Virus record (IMG/VR): IMGVR_UViG_3300034358_000008
Span: 260,913 to 324,912 of that record
DNA: 64,000 nt
Direction: 5' to 3' (one strand)
The position numbers and the translations under genes were made by a program. Of this stretch, positions 29,365-38,419 are shown piece by piece. Under the pieces are notes generated by a model, which made no database searches, was not told where the DNA came from, and saw only the letters and a program-made list of their open reading frames with translations. Each line of letters opens with the position of its first letter. Position 1 is the stretch's first letter.

Positions 29365-30138
29365 ATGCGTGAAAATATAACTTTGAAGTATCCAGATACG
29401 CCCGCCTTCTATAAGCTGACACTTAAGAGCGGACATTATTATGTTGGATCAACTAAACGTTTATCGAAACGGTTAAGAGATCACAGACATTATTTAGAAA
29501 CTGGTACACACCACAACGAGAAGTTCCTCAGTCATTTTACCGAATGGTCTGAAGTCACTGTTGAGTTTAATGAGTATCAATTTCTGGAATTAGCGAGGGC
29601 GCACGAACAGGCGCATCTCGATGAATATTATCTAGTGCCAGAACTATGTAACGTGGCTACTAACGTAGATAGTCTTTGGGGTGGACAACATGGAATGCCT
29701 CAGGAGGTAAGGGATAAAATTGCTGCTGGGCATCGTGGTAAAACACATGGTCAAGCATTTAGAGATAAATGCCGAGAACGTATGTTAGGTTCAGTTATGT
29801 CTGATGAACATAAGCTAAAAATATCTGAAACCTTGAAAGGACGTGAAGTTAGTGTTGAACATCGTGCTAATCTCAGTAGGGCTTTGAAGGGTAAAGGCAT
29901 CGGACGTAAGGCTTCTCCCAGTGCTATCGAGAATATGCGTAAAGCGCAACAAGGTAAAACAATGCCGGAAGAAGCTAAACGAAAAATTGCAGAAGCTAAC
30001 TACAAACGTGTATCGGTGTATGATGTAGAATATGAATCACTCCAAGCCTGCGCGGTAGTTTATGATGTAAGTCACTCAACTGTTACTAATAGGGCTAAAT
30101 CGGATAAACCGAAATGGCATGGTTGGCGACTACTATGA
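29365..30138 (+). mobile_element. Free-standing GIY-YIG homing endonuclease with NUMOD3-like repeats
   Basis: FYKL...YYVGST...RLRDH catalytic module; repeated S.EHK.KIS.TLKG / EE.KRKI.EA motifs; inserted in the opposite orientation within a minus-strand block. Confidence 0.85.
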
Positions 30139-30142
30139 AAAT

Positions 30143-30168
30143 AATGAGTGGGCATCAGCCCACTCATT
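30143..30168. terminator. Bidirectional terminator
   Basis: AATGAGTGGGC-ATCA-GCCCACTCATT. Confidence 0.8.
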
Positions 30169-30182
30169 TATAGTTTCTTTTT

Positions 30183-32312
30183 TTATCTCATCCAAGATGG
30201 TAGCAATGGCTTAGATTCTTGCTTGTACGTAAATTGATTGAAATCAATTTTGATATCATACATTTCAAAAGCCTTCGTCAATGTTTGATACATTATTTTG
30301 TTATCATCAAACTGACCTTCCTTTATTGCTTCCATAGCTGCTTGTTCAAATACGTCACCTTCGACAAATGGTGACGATATTCCCATTATGAGCGAAACTT
30401 GTTCAGTAGACCATGCCAAGATATCGGCAGAGCGAGTGGAAATGTTTGGGATCTCTCCAGTGTCAAGGATACATTGATAAACGTAAGTCTGAGAGTCTTG
30501 CCCTAAACGATAGATACGGGAAATCGCCTGTTCCAGAATGTAAGCACGGAAAGGAGAGTTCAACAGGATCATCGTGTCTGCCATGGTGAGTCGTACACCA
30601 GTAGACAGCGAGGCATATGTAGCCAACAACGGGTTCAGTTTGTCATCTGTTTCGAAACGCTTAACCATAGCTGGGAGATCGTTAGACGTCTTCCCGTATA
30701 CAACCAATGGCTTCATACCCAGTCGAGTAGTAAACACGTCAGCGGCGTCTACAGCCTCGATGAAGCTGGTAAACATGATGGTCTTCTTCTGAGTAGACTC
30801 AACAATGCCAACCCAGTCGATATGTGGGATCATAGCCACGTTTGCTTCGATACGCATACCACCTACGATCCGGCCCAATACTTCACCTTGGATCTTAAGG
30901 TTAACGTATTTGATTACAGACTTAACGTCACGGAATCGTGGGATCATCTCACGGGGTAAGAGTTTCTCAAAGACATGCTTCTCAAATGAGTTAGCCGCCT
31001 TCATCTCATCACCCAAGAACCTAGGGTCTGGTGTACGAGAAATCAAGTGTACCTTATACAGATACTCATCGAACTCTACCAGTTCTTGTTTCTTGATGAT
31101 CTTAGATCGGGCAAGCTTAACGCATTGATCCCAGAACTTAAGATCATCAGGGCGGCGGTCTTTATAGTAGGTTGCTCGTTCTTTGATGAAAGCTTCCATG
31201 ACCTTACGAATAGCAGGTAGGGTAAACCGCTCACCATCTGGAATACGGATTGGGTAACTACGCATGATCGGTGGTAACAGCTCAGCGTCAATCTCACCCT
31301 TCTCTACTTTATACGACACCAAACCCAATCGGTGACGAATAATGTCCAACCCTTTCGAAGCTTCCTTACCGTACATCTTCTTGAAGGCAAGTTCTACACG
31401 TGGAGTGAACAGTGGATCTACTACGCGGAGCAGAGTAATGATCTCAGCACCCAGTGCTTTAACTGGTGTACCGGAGCCTTGGATGTTATCACGTGAACCA
31501 AACTTCTTAACCAGTTCTTGATACAGCATACTACGTGCGGAAGTAGGATCGTTCATGTTGTGCGATTCATCTAGAATCGTAACGATCTTCTTACCAGCGA
31601 AAGACTTAGGGTTCTCAAAGATCTCGTTGAGTTTATGCATTGCGTCGTAGTGACACAGTACCCAACGTTGCCCAGTGTATTCCATCGGTGTGCCGGAATG
31701 CCAGATCGTCTGAGGTGTCTTAAACATCTCATTAATCGATTCGAGCCATACTGACTCTAGAACGATTTTAGGACAGAAGACTATGACGAGGTCAGCGTTC
31801 AACATTTCGGCTAGTGCAGAGGCCATGTAGGTCTTCCCAGAACCTGCTGCGGCTGCCATCAAGTCACCCAGTAAGTTATACTGGTCCAGACGGTAGCTAT
31901 AGTTCTCGAAGTACTCCATTTGATACGGCTTAGCTGTATAAGTGAGGTTACTCAGCTTACGGAAGTCTAGTCGTCCAGGGACAGTGGCTTTATCTACCGG
32001 TTTGGTATTAGCTAGATACGTATTCGTCATCATCGCTTCAATGATACCATTGATAGCTTTAATGCTAGTCCAACGGTTTCGATAGAACTTGATGTTCTCC
32101 AGAATGTACATGATCTCTGGAGCCCAGAACTTATCAAAGCTAAAGGAACCACTACTTACGGTGTTGAAGATGTTTTGGGAAATGCGAGTTGTCTTCCAGA
32201 ACTTATCCATGTCTCGGATAATGTCCTTAGCTCTGATACCAGAGACGACGATCTCAGCATTAGTCTCCTTTACGGTTACATTACCGAATAAGGATCTGAA
32301 TGAGTCGATCAT
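30183..32312 (-). CDS. SF2 (SNF2/DEAD-like) helicase (phiKZ gp203-like)
   Basis: AAGSGKT, LDESH, SGTP, STGV.L, QAISRIYRLGQ motifs. Confidence 0.9.
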   Translation of the reverse strand: MIDSFRSLFGNVTVKETNAEIVVSGIRAKDIIRDMDKFWKTTRISQNIFNTVSSGSFSFDKFWAPEIMYILENIKFYRNRWTSIKAINGIIEAMMTNTYLANTKPVDKATVPGRLDFRKLSNLTYTAKPYQMEYFENYSYRLDQYNLLGDLMAAAAGSGKTYMASALAEMLNADLVIVFCPKIVLESVWLESINEMFKTPQTIWHSGTPMEYTGQRWVLCHYDAMHKLNEIFENPKSFAGKKIVTILDESHNMNDPTSARSMLYQELVKKFGSRDNIQGSGTPVKALGAEIITLLRVVDPLFTPRVELAFKKMYGKEASKGLDIIRHRLGLVSYKVEKGEIDAELLPPIMRSYPIRIPDGERFTLPAIRKVMEAFIKERATYYKDRRPDDLKFWDQCVKLARSKIIKKQELVEFDEYLYKVHLISRTPDPRFLGDEMKAANSFEKHVFEKLLPREMIPRFRDVKSVIKYVNLKIQGEVLGRIVGGMRIEANVAMIPHIDWVGIVESTQKKTIMFTSFIEAVDAADVFTTRLGMKPLVVYGKTSNDLPAMVKRFETDDKLNPLLATYASLSTGVRLTMADTMILLNSPFRAYILEQAISRIYRLGQDSQTYVYQCILDTGEIPNISTRSADILAWSTEQVSLIMGISSPFVEGDVFEQAAMEAIKEGQFDDNKIMYQTLTKAFEMYDIKIDFNQFTYKQESKPLLPSWMR

Positions 32313-32449
32313 TAGATGTTCCCTTGGGTTGGTATGATTAAAGATTCATAAAATGAGTAGACAAGTACTTGGTTGAGGTATGTAATGGAGAGGGGAGATT
32401 TGAATTCAAAAGTATATAAAAGCTATTACGGAGTAATAAGCATTATTGA

Positions 32450-32472
32450 AAGCTCTTATAGACCTATATTAC
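32450..32472 (+). promoter_or_regulatory. Putative early promoter (TATATTAC)
   Basis: Exact TATATTAC at 32465-32472 upstream of an AAGGA RBS and ORF. Confidence 0.6.
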
Positions 32473-32507
32473 TCTTGTGAATCTACTACCATTAAAGGAA
32501 TTTAAAG

Positions 32508-32744
32508 ATGTCTATGAAAACAGATAAGTCGAAATACGAAGCTGAATGGAAAATGCGTGGCTGGGGACCTAAGTTCACTTGCCCTAGTCATTACGCCAAA
32601 GTCTATTTCGATACTCCAGAGGAAATGGAGGATTGGGTTAAGCATAACAACGAGCTACCTACTAATCACAGGTGGGCTAAGTATTTTGAAGTTAGGGATC
32701 TTGAGACGGATAGGATTGTCCATCGTAATCATTACCCTTACTAA
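32508..32744 (+). CDS. Hypothetical early protein
   Basis: Own promoter, RBS and terminator. Confidence 0.75.
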   Translation: MSMKTDKSKYEAEWKMRGWGPKFTCPSHYAKVYFDTPEEMEDWVKHNNELPTNHRWAKYFEVRDLETDRIVHRNHYPY

Positions 32745-32749
32745 TAATA

Positions 32750-32790
32750 GCCCTACCTCACGGTAGGGCGCTATACCTTTTCTTTTTTGT
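32750..32790 (+). terminator. Intrinsic terminator
   Basis: GCCCTACC-TCAC-GGTAGGGC followed by T tracts. Confidence 0.75.
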
Positions 32791-32819
32791 TTAAAAGAAT
32801 ACTTCAGCATACATGGTAT

Positions 32820-33000
32820 AGTCAAGAAGCAGTCCGTGCAATTACGCACTGCGTTCAAGGGGGTGATCCAGCCATAGGTGACCTGGTACGTTAAGAATAC
32901 TAGCGGGAGCTAGCATCAGTACCTAACTACGTGCTTCTTCGACTTTCATTAGGCTTATCTAATCTAATGGGTATCTAGCCTTCCCTTAGCGGGAAGGCTT
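32820..33000 (+). ncRNA. Putative structured small RNA carrying a complement to the 16S rRNA 3' end
   Basis: No long plus-strand ORF. Closing stem AGTCAAGAAGCA(32820-31)/TGCTTCTTCGACT(32932-44), inner hairpins GTGC/GCAC and CTAGC-GGGA-GCTAG, and AAGGGGGTGATCCAGCCATAGGT at 32857-79. Ends in a terminator. Confidence 0.6.
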
Positions 33001-33006
33001 TATGCC
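32977..33006 (+). terminator. Intrinsic terminator
   Basis: AGCCTTCCC-TTAGC-GGGAAGGCT-TTATG. Confidence 0.75.
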
Positions 33007-33030
33007 GTCACTAACAATTGAGGATTGTTT

Positions 33031-33210
33031 ATGAAGGTCGATTATAACAACGTGGATGGTCGAGAATGTGCTGTGAAACCTAATTACAAGTTTTTTGTCG
33101 AAGAAGCTCTCAAGCGTGTAGGCGAAGGGTTTCGAGCAGCTACTGAGAGAGACCCATGTACCGCTAGAGATAACGGTGAACCTAACGTTAATGAGAGAAG
33201 ATACAGATGA
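33031..33210 (+). CDS. Arg/Asp-rich microprotein
   Basis: GAGG RBS; ATGA coupling with the next gene. Confidence 0.6.
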   Translation: MKVDYNNVDGRECAVKPNYKFFVEEALKRVGEGFRAATERDPCTARDNGEPNVNERRYR

Positions 33211-33449
33211 GTAGAAATGCAGACAAGACTTCAGCAGCGGGGTCGATAGCAGAATCTAGAGATAAGAAGACTGACTATCGAATGTTTCAACAACGGGGTA
33301 AGAGTGATCAGACCTGGAGTTCCACTGAGGGTGCGCGGATTGAAAATGAACAAGATATGGATAACATCCATGACAGTAAGACTGATCTATACAGACTGAG
33401 TTGGAAGACCGACGTACAACGTGGTTTGATTGACGATAAGTGGTGGTGA
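33207..33449 (+). CDS. Arg/Asp-rich microprotein
   Basis: Coupled ORF. Confidence 0.6.
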   Translation: MSRNADKTSAAGSIAESRDKKTDYRMFQQRGKSDQTWSSTEGARIENEQDMDNIHDSKTDLYRLSWKTDVQRGLIDDKWW

Positions 33450-33450
33450 T

Positions 33451-33687
33451 ATGAGTAGATACGACCAAGACAAGGGAACAATTGTAGAGTTAGTGGGTTA
33501 TCCCGGTCGCGGAGAACTTAAACCATCCTTCACCCCTGATCGATTCCACAACACAGATGCTGAATCCGTTGCACATTCAATGGATCGAATCATCGAGCGT
33601 GCAGATGAGGACGATCGACTCGAGATGACGGAACGACAACAGACATGGGCCTTCTATAGTCGCCAGCCATTTGATACTAGTCAATAG
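33451..33687 (+). CDS. Arg/Asp-rich microprotein
   Basis: GGTG RBS; PDRFHNTDAE resembles a motif in the 36190 ORF. Confidence 0.6.
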   Translation: MSRYDQDKGTIVELVGYPGRGELKPSFTPDRFHNTDAESVAHSMDRIIERADEDDRLEMTERQQTWAFYSRQPFDTSQ

Positions 33688-33711
33688 AAAAATCTTCAGA
33701 TTTATATCATA
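33682..33711 (+). promoter_or_regulatory. Putative early promoter
   Basis: 30/30 identical to 16218-16247. Confidence 0.75.
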
Positions 33712-33744
33712 CACGGGCAATACTTACCCCAAGAGGATTAAATC

Positions 33745-33942
33745 ATGTCCCGTAAACAAGTGCATTTGATCGTTAATGCCGAACACGCTCTTCTCCGTAC
33801 TCCATCGTTAGATAACCGTATCTGGTTTTCAGCACAACGTTTGGTTAATCGTTGTCGTCGTGGTTTGGTAAAACAGATTAGCGTTACTGATCGTGAACCG
33901 AGTATGAAGTTTGATGCTCCGCTCATTGGACGTGTGTTCTAA
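33745..33942 (+). CDS. Hypothetical basic protein
   Basis: GAGGA RBS after the promoter. Confidence 0.65.
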   Translation: MSRKQVHLIVNAEHALLRTPSLDNRIWFSAQRLVNRCRRGLVKQISVTDREPSMKFDAPLIGRVF

Positions 33943-34322
33943 TGGACATGACTACAACCCAACGTGGGTTTGGTCTCCATGAGTTTGAGGACCGGTACGG
34001 TTCGAAGTGTTCGCTACAAGAGTCATCGGCCAGTGGTGATGAAGACACTGGTGCATTCATTTGGTTCGGTGTTGATAAACCTGAAGTAAAAGTATTCCGT
34101 CCAAATGAATCAGGTTGGCAGAATGTACCGTTGCCAGAAGATGTGATGATCACTGGTCGCATGCATCTGTCACAGGTAGAAGTAACTCGGTTGCTGCCTT
34201 CCCTCCAATACTTCGCGCATAGTGGTTATCTCCCTAATACGGAAGAACATGCTAAGTTCGTTGAGCACATTAAACCGGCTAACGATCTCGTTGCCTCCTA
34301 TTTTGAAGAAGTGAGTAGCTAA
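33942..34322 (+). CDS. Conserved phage protein (RGF...DRYG..CSLQ.SS...IWFG...RMHL); candidate Acb4-like nucleotide sponge
   Basis: The motif set is typical of a widespread phage family; the Acb4 assignment is from memory and unverified. Confidence 0.55.
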   Translation: MDMTTTQRGFGLHEFEDRYGSKCSLQESSASGDEDTGAFIWFGVDKPEVKVFRPNESGWQNVPLPEDVMITGRMHLSQVEVTRLLPSLQYFAHSGYLPNTEEHAKFVEHIKPANDLVASYFEEVSS

Positions 34323-34323
34323 T

Positions 34324-34689
34324 ATGCTGCGTAAGATCGACCCAAAGACCAAACTCGGACGTCGCCTGTTGACTATCGGCACGTACTACCAGAATGAATC
34401 CAGTAGCAAATCGGGTCGGGTTAGTAAGTTGATCCGTTCTGATAACACCTTCTTCAAGATCGGTGTTACAGCGAATGGTACTTTCAGCCTGAACTATAGC
34501 GGCTTACTCAATGACAAACATACTGTCATCGAATTGCTGTACGGTAACTTAACGGTAGAACAGTACATCGGGGATGTGCTGCGTTATGTCACTGACGCTG
34601 ATGCAATCAAGTTGTTGGACCGGTTGTTGAAAGCTGAGTTCAAACATGTACCGTCCAAAGTCACGCGTGCTGACACTATTCACATCTAA
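34324..34689 (+). CDS. Hypothetical protein
   Basis: Operon member. Confidence 0.7.
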   Translation: MLRKIDPKTKLGRRLLTIGTYYQNESSSKSGRVSKLIRSDNTFFKIGVTANGTFSLNYSGLLNDKHTVIELLYGNLTVEQYIGDVLRYVTDADAIKLLDRLLKAEFKHVPSKVTRADTIHI

Positions 34690-34699
34690 GGGGTTTACA

Positions 34700-35599
34700 A
34701 TGGGCTGCGACGTTCATCCGTCTTTTCAACGTAAGACAATCGATGTAGAAACCGGCAAAGAAAGCTGGGAATATATCCTGGATCACAAATACGAAGGCAA
34801 CCGTCACTACTTCCTATTTGGATGGTTGGCTAACGTTCGTAATGGCCTTGGCTTTGCTGGTTGCGATACTGGTGATGCTATCCGACCTTTGGCTGCTCCT
34901 CGTGGACTACCTGAAGATCTGGTAAAGCTTACTTCACCAGAACACGAGTATGAATACGAAGATCCGGCTTGGCGTCAGTTCTACCACAATGGTGGTGGTG
35001 ATTTCGGTGATCACTCGCAAAGCTGGTTGACTAGTACTGAGATCATTGAAGGTGCTAAGAACTTCAACGCTGTGCACCGTCGTGGCGTAATCAGCATGTC
35101 CGAATATCTCGCTTGGGATAAGAAGACTGCACTCGAATCGTGGTCCGGCGGTATCTGGGGTAAAGGACATTCCACGGTTGATCAAGCCGATGTTACCCCG
35201 GAACAAATCAGATCGCAAGCTTACGCTAGTGAACTCAGTCGACTGATCGAGGCTGAACAGGCCAAGAACCGTTGGGTTGTTAAGACTGTCAAAGCTCTGG
35301 TCTTTGAGGATGACAAATATAATAACATCGGTTGGCTGTTCCAGTCGCGCCCATCGTTCCACGAGCCGAAGGTTGAGAAGCTTGTCCGCAAACGTGTTCT
35401 GGTACGTAAGACAGCTAAGCAGAAGCATCTGGCTAAGTTGAATCGCTACGCTCGTCGTATCGGTACTATCAGTGTTCGCGTGCAGTGGACGCTTGACAAT
35501 GAGGCTATCTACAAAGAGTTCGCTTATTTCATCGATGAAGTGAAACGACTGCATGAACTGTACGGTGAAGTCCGTATGGTGTTCGGTTTCGATTCTTAA
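34700..35599 (+). CDS. Conserved phage protein, MGCDxH family
   Basis: MGCDVH, R.Y.LFG.LANVRN, PRGLPED, HSQSWLT, RMVFGFDS; AAGGGG RBS. Confidence 0.8.
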   Translation: MGCDVHPSFQRKTIDVETGKESWEYILDHKYEGNRHYFLFGWLANVRNGLGFAGCDTGDAIRPLAAPRGLPEDLVKLTSPEHEYEYEDPAWRQFYHNGGGDFGDHSQSWLTSTEIIEGAKNFNAVHRRGVISMSEYLAWDKKTALESWSGGIWGKGHSTVDQADVTPEQIRSQAYASELSRLIEAEQAKNRWVVKTVKALVFEDDKYNNIGWLFQSRPSFHEPKVEKLVRKRVLVRKTAKQKHLAKLNRYARRIGTISVRVQWTLDNEAIYKEFAYFIDEVKRLHELYGEVRMVFGFDS

Positions 35600-35608
35600 G
35601 AGGTTAGC

Positions 35609-36190
35609 ATGCACACACTGGAACAATATTTCGGTATCATCAGTTTTGACGGTGGTGTCAAATACATCAATAAAAAGGACATCTTGACGACTGATGCTTC
35701 GGAGGCTAAGCAGTTCTCCTCTATGGCAGAAGCTAAAACCTTCATGGTTGAATGGTTTAACCGTAAATCGGTCTTCCGCGATGAACAAGACACCTACTCG
35801 GTAGTCCCACTAGTTGGCCATGAAGTCAAACCGCATCCAGAGTTGCCATCATTACCACCACCTGACTTTTATGAGGTAGGTACACCGACAACCGCTGAGT
35901 ACATCATCAGCGTTTTATCGAATGACAACTTTGCAGCTAGCTTTATACCGGTAGACAACATTAATGGTTCAAGTCAGATGCAAGCGGGTGTTAGTACTGA
36001 CCCGCATGACGATCGTGCTGTAGCTCGTTCGGCTAAGTTCAGTTTCCCTGGCTGGATGGAGCAGGACGAAATTGTTAAGTTGCGTGAATCAGCTACACGT
36101 CATGGTCAGTGGAAGAACCTACGGATCGTCAATCGCGGTAATGGGTTTGCCAAGTGGTTCATTGTAATCCTTAGTCAGGATCTTCGTTAA
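35609..36190 (+). CDS. Hypothetical protein
   Basis: GAGG RBS. Confidence 0.7.
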   Translation: MHTLEQYFGIISFDGGVKYINKKDILTTDASEAKQFSSMAEAKTFMVEWFNRKSVFRDEQDTYSVVPLVGHEVKPHPELPSLPPPDFYEVGTPTTAEYIISVLSNDNFAASFIPVDNINGSSQMQAGVSTDPHDDRAVARSAKFSFPGWMEQDEIVKLRESATRHGQWKNLRIVNRGNGFAKWFIVILSQDLR

Positions 36191-36423
36191 TGCGTAAGGG
36201 TGAACCTTTCAACCATGAACGTAAGAATCTAACTAGACCTGATCGCGATATAACTGTACCGCATAAACAGGCCATGGGTATGCGAACCGGAGAACGGACT
36301 TTAGGCAATTCGGTACGAAAAGGAATCTATGTTCCAGATCGATTCCGCGATACCGAGAGTGAGCCTAACGACGATACAGTGATTGATCGACCAGATCCAG
36401 CTTGTGACGATTTCGCAATGTGA
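36190..36423 (+). CDS. Arg/Asp-rich microprotein
   Basis: TAATG coupling; PDRFRDTESE. Confidence 0.6.
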   Translation: MRKGEPFNHERKNLTRPDRDITVPHKQAMGMRTGERTLGNSVRKGIYVPDRFRDTESEPNDDTVIDRPDPACDDFAM

Positions 36424-36431
36424 GGTGTTAG

Positions 36432-36683
36432 GTGCGCGGAGATGTTTTGCATGACCCCAGTGACGATTACTCTTGGTGTGAGGAAGCGGTTCACGATGCA
36501 CGGTACGGCTCCCATAAACCAGAACCGGAATGGGAAAGTTATCCAGACTATCTTCGCGGCCTTACCGATTGTAGTTGGGTATTCCGACGTGACAATGAGA
36601 ATGATGATGAAGATCGTTTTGATCTAGATAAAGACTGTTTAGATCCACGATTAGAAAAGAGAGATGACGAATGCGTTTTTTGA
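36432..36683 (+). CDS. Asp/Arg-rich microprotein
   Basis: GAGGT RBS before GTG. Confidence 0.6.
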   Translation: MRGDVLHDPSDDYSWCEEAVHDARYGSHKPEPEWESYPDYLRGLTDCSWVFRRDNENDDEDRFDLDKDCLDPRLEKRDDECVF

Positions 36684-36961
36684 AATCTGAATTCGGGCAA
36701 CGTAGTAAAGAAGCTGCTTCCGGTTGTCGTGAAGATGACGTCATGTACCCAGAACAGCTTTGTGATCACGACATTCTAATCTGGCGCCGAGACGAGCATT
36801 CCTATTTTAACTATCGACGCGATGGCGATAAACACAGTTGGGCTGGCGAGGGCATAGACTTAGTTCGTGATAATGATGCACCTGGACTGTCTCGCGATAT
36901 CCATACCAAATCCAAAGACATGTTCAACTTATCATCCATGATTCTTCGTACTAGCCTCTAG
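36671..36961 (+). CDS. Arg/Asp-rich microprotein
   Basis: Overlapping array member. Confidence 0.55.
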   Translation: MRFLKSEFGQRSKEAASGCREDDVMYPEQLCDHDILIWRRDEHSYFNYRRDGDKHSWAGEGIDLVRDNDAPGLSRDIHTKSKDMFNLSSMILRTSL

Positions 36962-36969
36962 GAGGTTTA

Positions 36970-37209
36970 ATGCGCCGTGATGAACCGGGTAACTGGGGTA
37001 GGAAAGTTCCCGTGCATGGTGATAACAGTAACCCTACACGTGCCGCCGTAGCTATGTTCAGTAGTAGTCGGAATGGTAATGGTGAAGGTTATCGTGCGAA
37101 ACAACTAGACCTTAGCAACACAAAATTTGGTCGTAAGGGTCACCCAGATATCCGTACCCGTGAATTAGTGCATATTGACGATGCAATATGCGAACGTTTG
37201 ATTTACTGA
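36970..37209 (+). CDS. Arg-rich microprotein
   Basis: GGAGG RBS. Confidence 0.6.
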   Translation: MRRDEPGNWGRKVPVHGDNSNPTRAAVAMFSSSRNGNGEGYRAKQLDLSNTKFGRKGHPDIRTRELVHIDDAICERLIY

Positions 37210-37235
37210 ATCCAATTTAAACAAAGGAAAACGCA

Positions 37236-38369
37236 ATGAACTTTATCGAAAAGCAAGAAGCCGCTAACAAAGCTGAGTTTGATGGTATCACTCCAGAACT
37301 GCGTACCCGTCTGGAAGAATTCAACTCCAAACTGGAATTGCTTCGTGGTGATAACATCTACGACGTAGTGCGCTTGTACTTCTCCACCCAAGGTCAACAT
37401 TCGGAACAACATGAACTGTTGGTTGACATTCCTCATGGCGGCACTAAAGAAGAATCGGCTAACGAAGTTACTCGTGTTGTAAGTGAAGACATTCTGGCTA
37501 AAGTGGGTCTGCGTATGATCCGTTGTGTAATGGGCCGAGTGATCGTTTCCGATACCCACATCATCGGTGCTTTCGTTAACCCGTCGGTTACTGCTACCAA
37601 GTCGACTTACGATGTACTTGGTCTGCCAGTGTTCTGCGAATGGTTCAAAGCTGAGTTCGCTAAACACCTGCAAGCTAACCCTACACGCTACCTGACCCGT
37701 ATCCGTGTGGATGGTCAAGGTAACCTGTGTACCGTTATGGAAACCATTCAAGGTGTCCGTGACGTTAAAGATATTACTAAGTTCTATCCGTACTTCGATT
37801 TCACTCCAACCAAGTTCTACGAGGAGTTCTCCAAATCGAACTCTAACGTATCCCTGATCTACGGTGTACCGGGTACTGGTAAATCGAACTGGATGATGGA
37901 AGTTATCAACGCACGTGGTTGGGATGATAAGATCTATCTGGCTGACCGTATGGACGTATTGGGCCACCCTGGCTTCCCAGACTTCATTCGTGAACTGCCA
38001 GCTGGTTCGATCGTACTGACTGAAGATGCTGACATTCTGGTTAAGAAGCGTACCGAAGGTAACGTTTCGATGTCGGCACTGCTCAACGCTACTGCTGGTA
38101 TTGTATCTCGTGACGTGAAGATTATCATCTGCACTAACTTGCCATCTACCCGTGATATCGATGAAGCTCTGATGCGTCCAGGCCGTTGCTTCCGTGTATT
38201 GAAGTTCCTGAACCTGACTGGCGAACAAGCTAACGATATCCGTGCCATGATGGAAATCGATGCTTTCGACTTCAAAGAAGGTCGTACTGACATCACTCTC
38301 GCTGAGGCTATCAACGCTCACGAGATCAGTGAAGGTCACGCCAAACAAGGTATGGGCTTCGGCGGTTAA
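37236..38369 (+). CDS. AAA+ ATPase
   Basis: Walker A GVPGTGKS, Walker B IVLTEDAD, sensor TN, and DEALMRPGR arginine finger. Confidence 0.9.
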   Translation: MNFIEKQEAANKAEFDGITPELRTRLEEFNSKLELLRGDNIYDVVRLYFSTQGQHSEQHELLVDIPHGGTKEESANEVTRVVSEDILAKVGLRMIRCVMGRVIVSDTHIIGAFVNPSVTATKSTYDVLGLPVFCEWFKAEFAKHLQANPTRYLTRIRVDGQGNLCTVMETIQGVRDVKDITKFYPYFDFTPTKFYEEFSKSNSNVSLIYGVPGTGKSNWMMEVINARGWDDKIYLADRMDVLGHPGFPDFIRELPAGSIVLTEDADILVKKRTEGNVSMSALLNATAGIVSRDVKIIICTNLPSTRDIDEALMRPGRCFRVLKFLNLTGEQANDIRAMMEIDAFDFKEGRTDITLAEAINAHEISEGHAKQGMGFGG

Positions 38370-38375
38370 TTGACT

Positions 38376-38410
38376 GGGGAGCTTCGGCTCCCCTTTCATC
38401 TTTTCTTTTT
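38376..38410 (+). terminator. Intrinsic terminator
   Basis: GGGGAGC-TTCG-GCTCCCC with T tract. Confidence 0.8.
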
Positions 38411-38419
38411 GGAGTAGTT

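Noticed and set aside
32857-32879. Possible 16S rRNA gene fragment or primer contamination
   Set aside because: The match is only 23 nt, has three substitutions, has no flanking rRNA similarity and sits within a coherent fold, so it is not an rRNA gene
37203-38399. 398-aa minus-strand ORF
   Set aside because: Mirror of the AAA ATPase, which has strong codon bias
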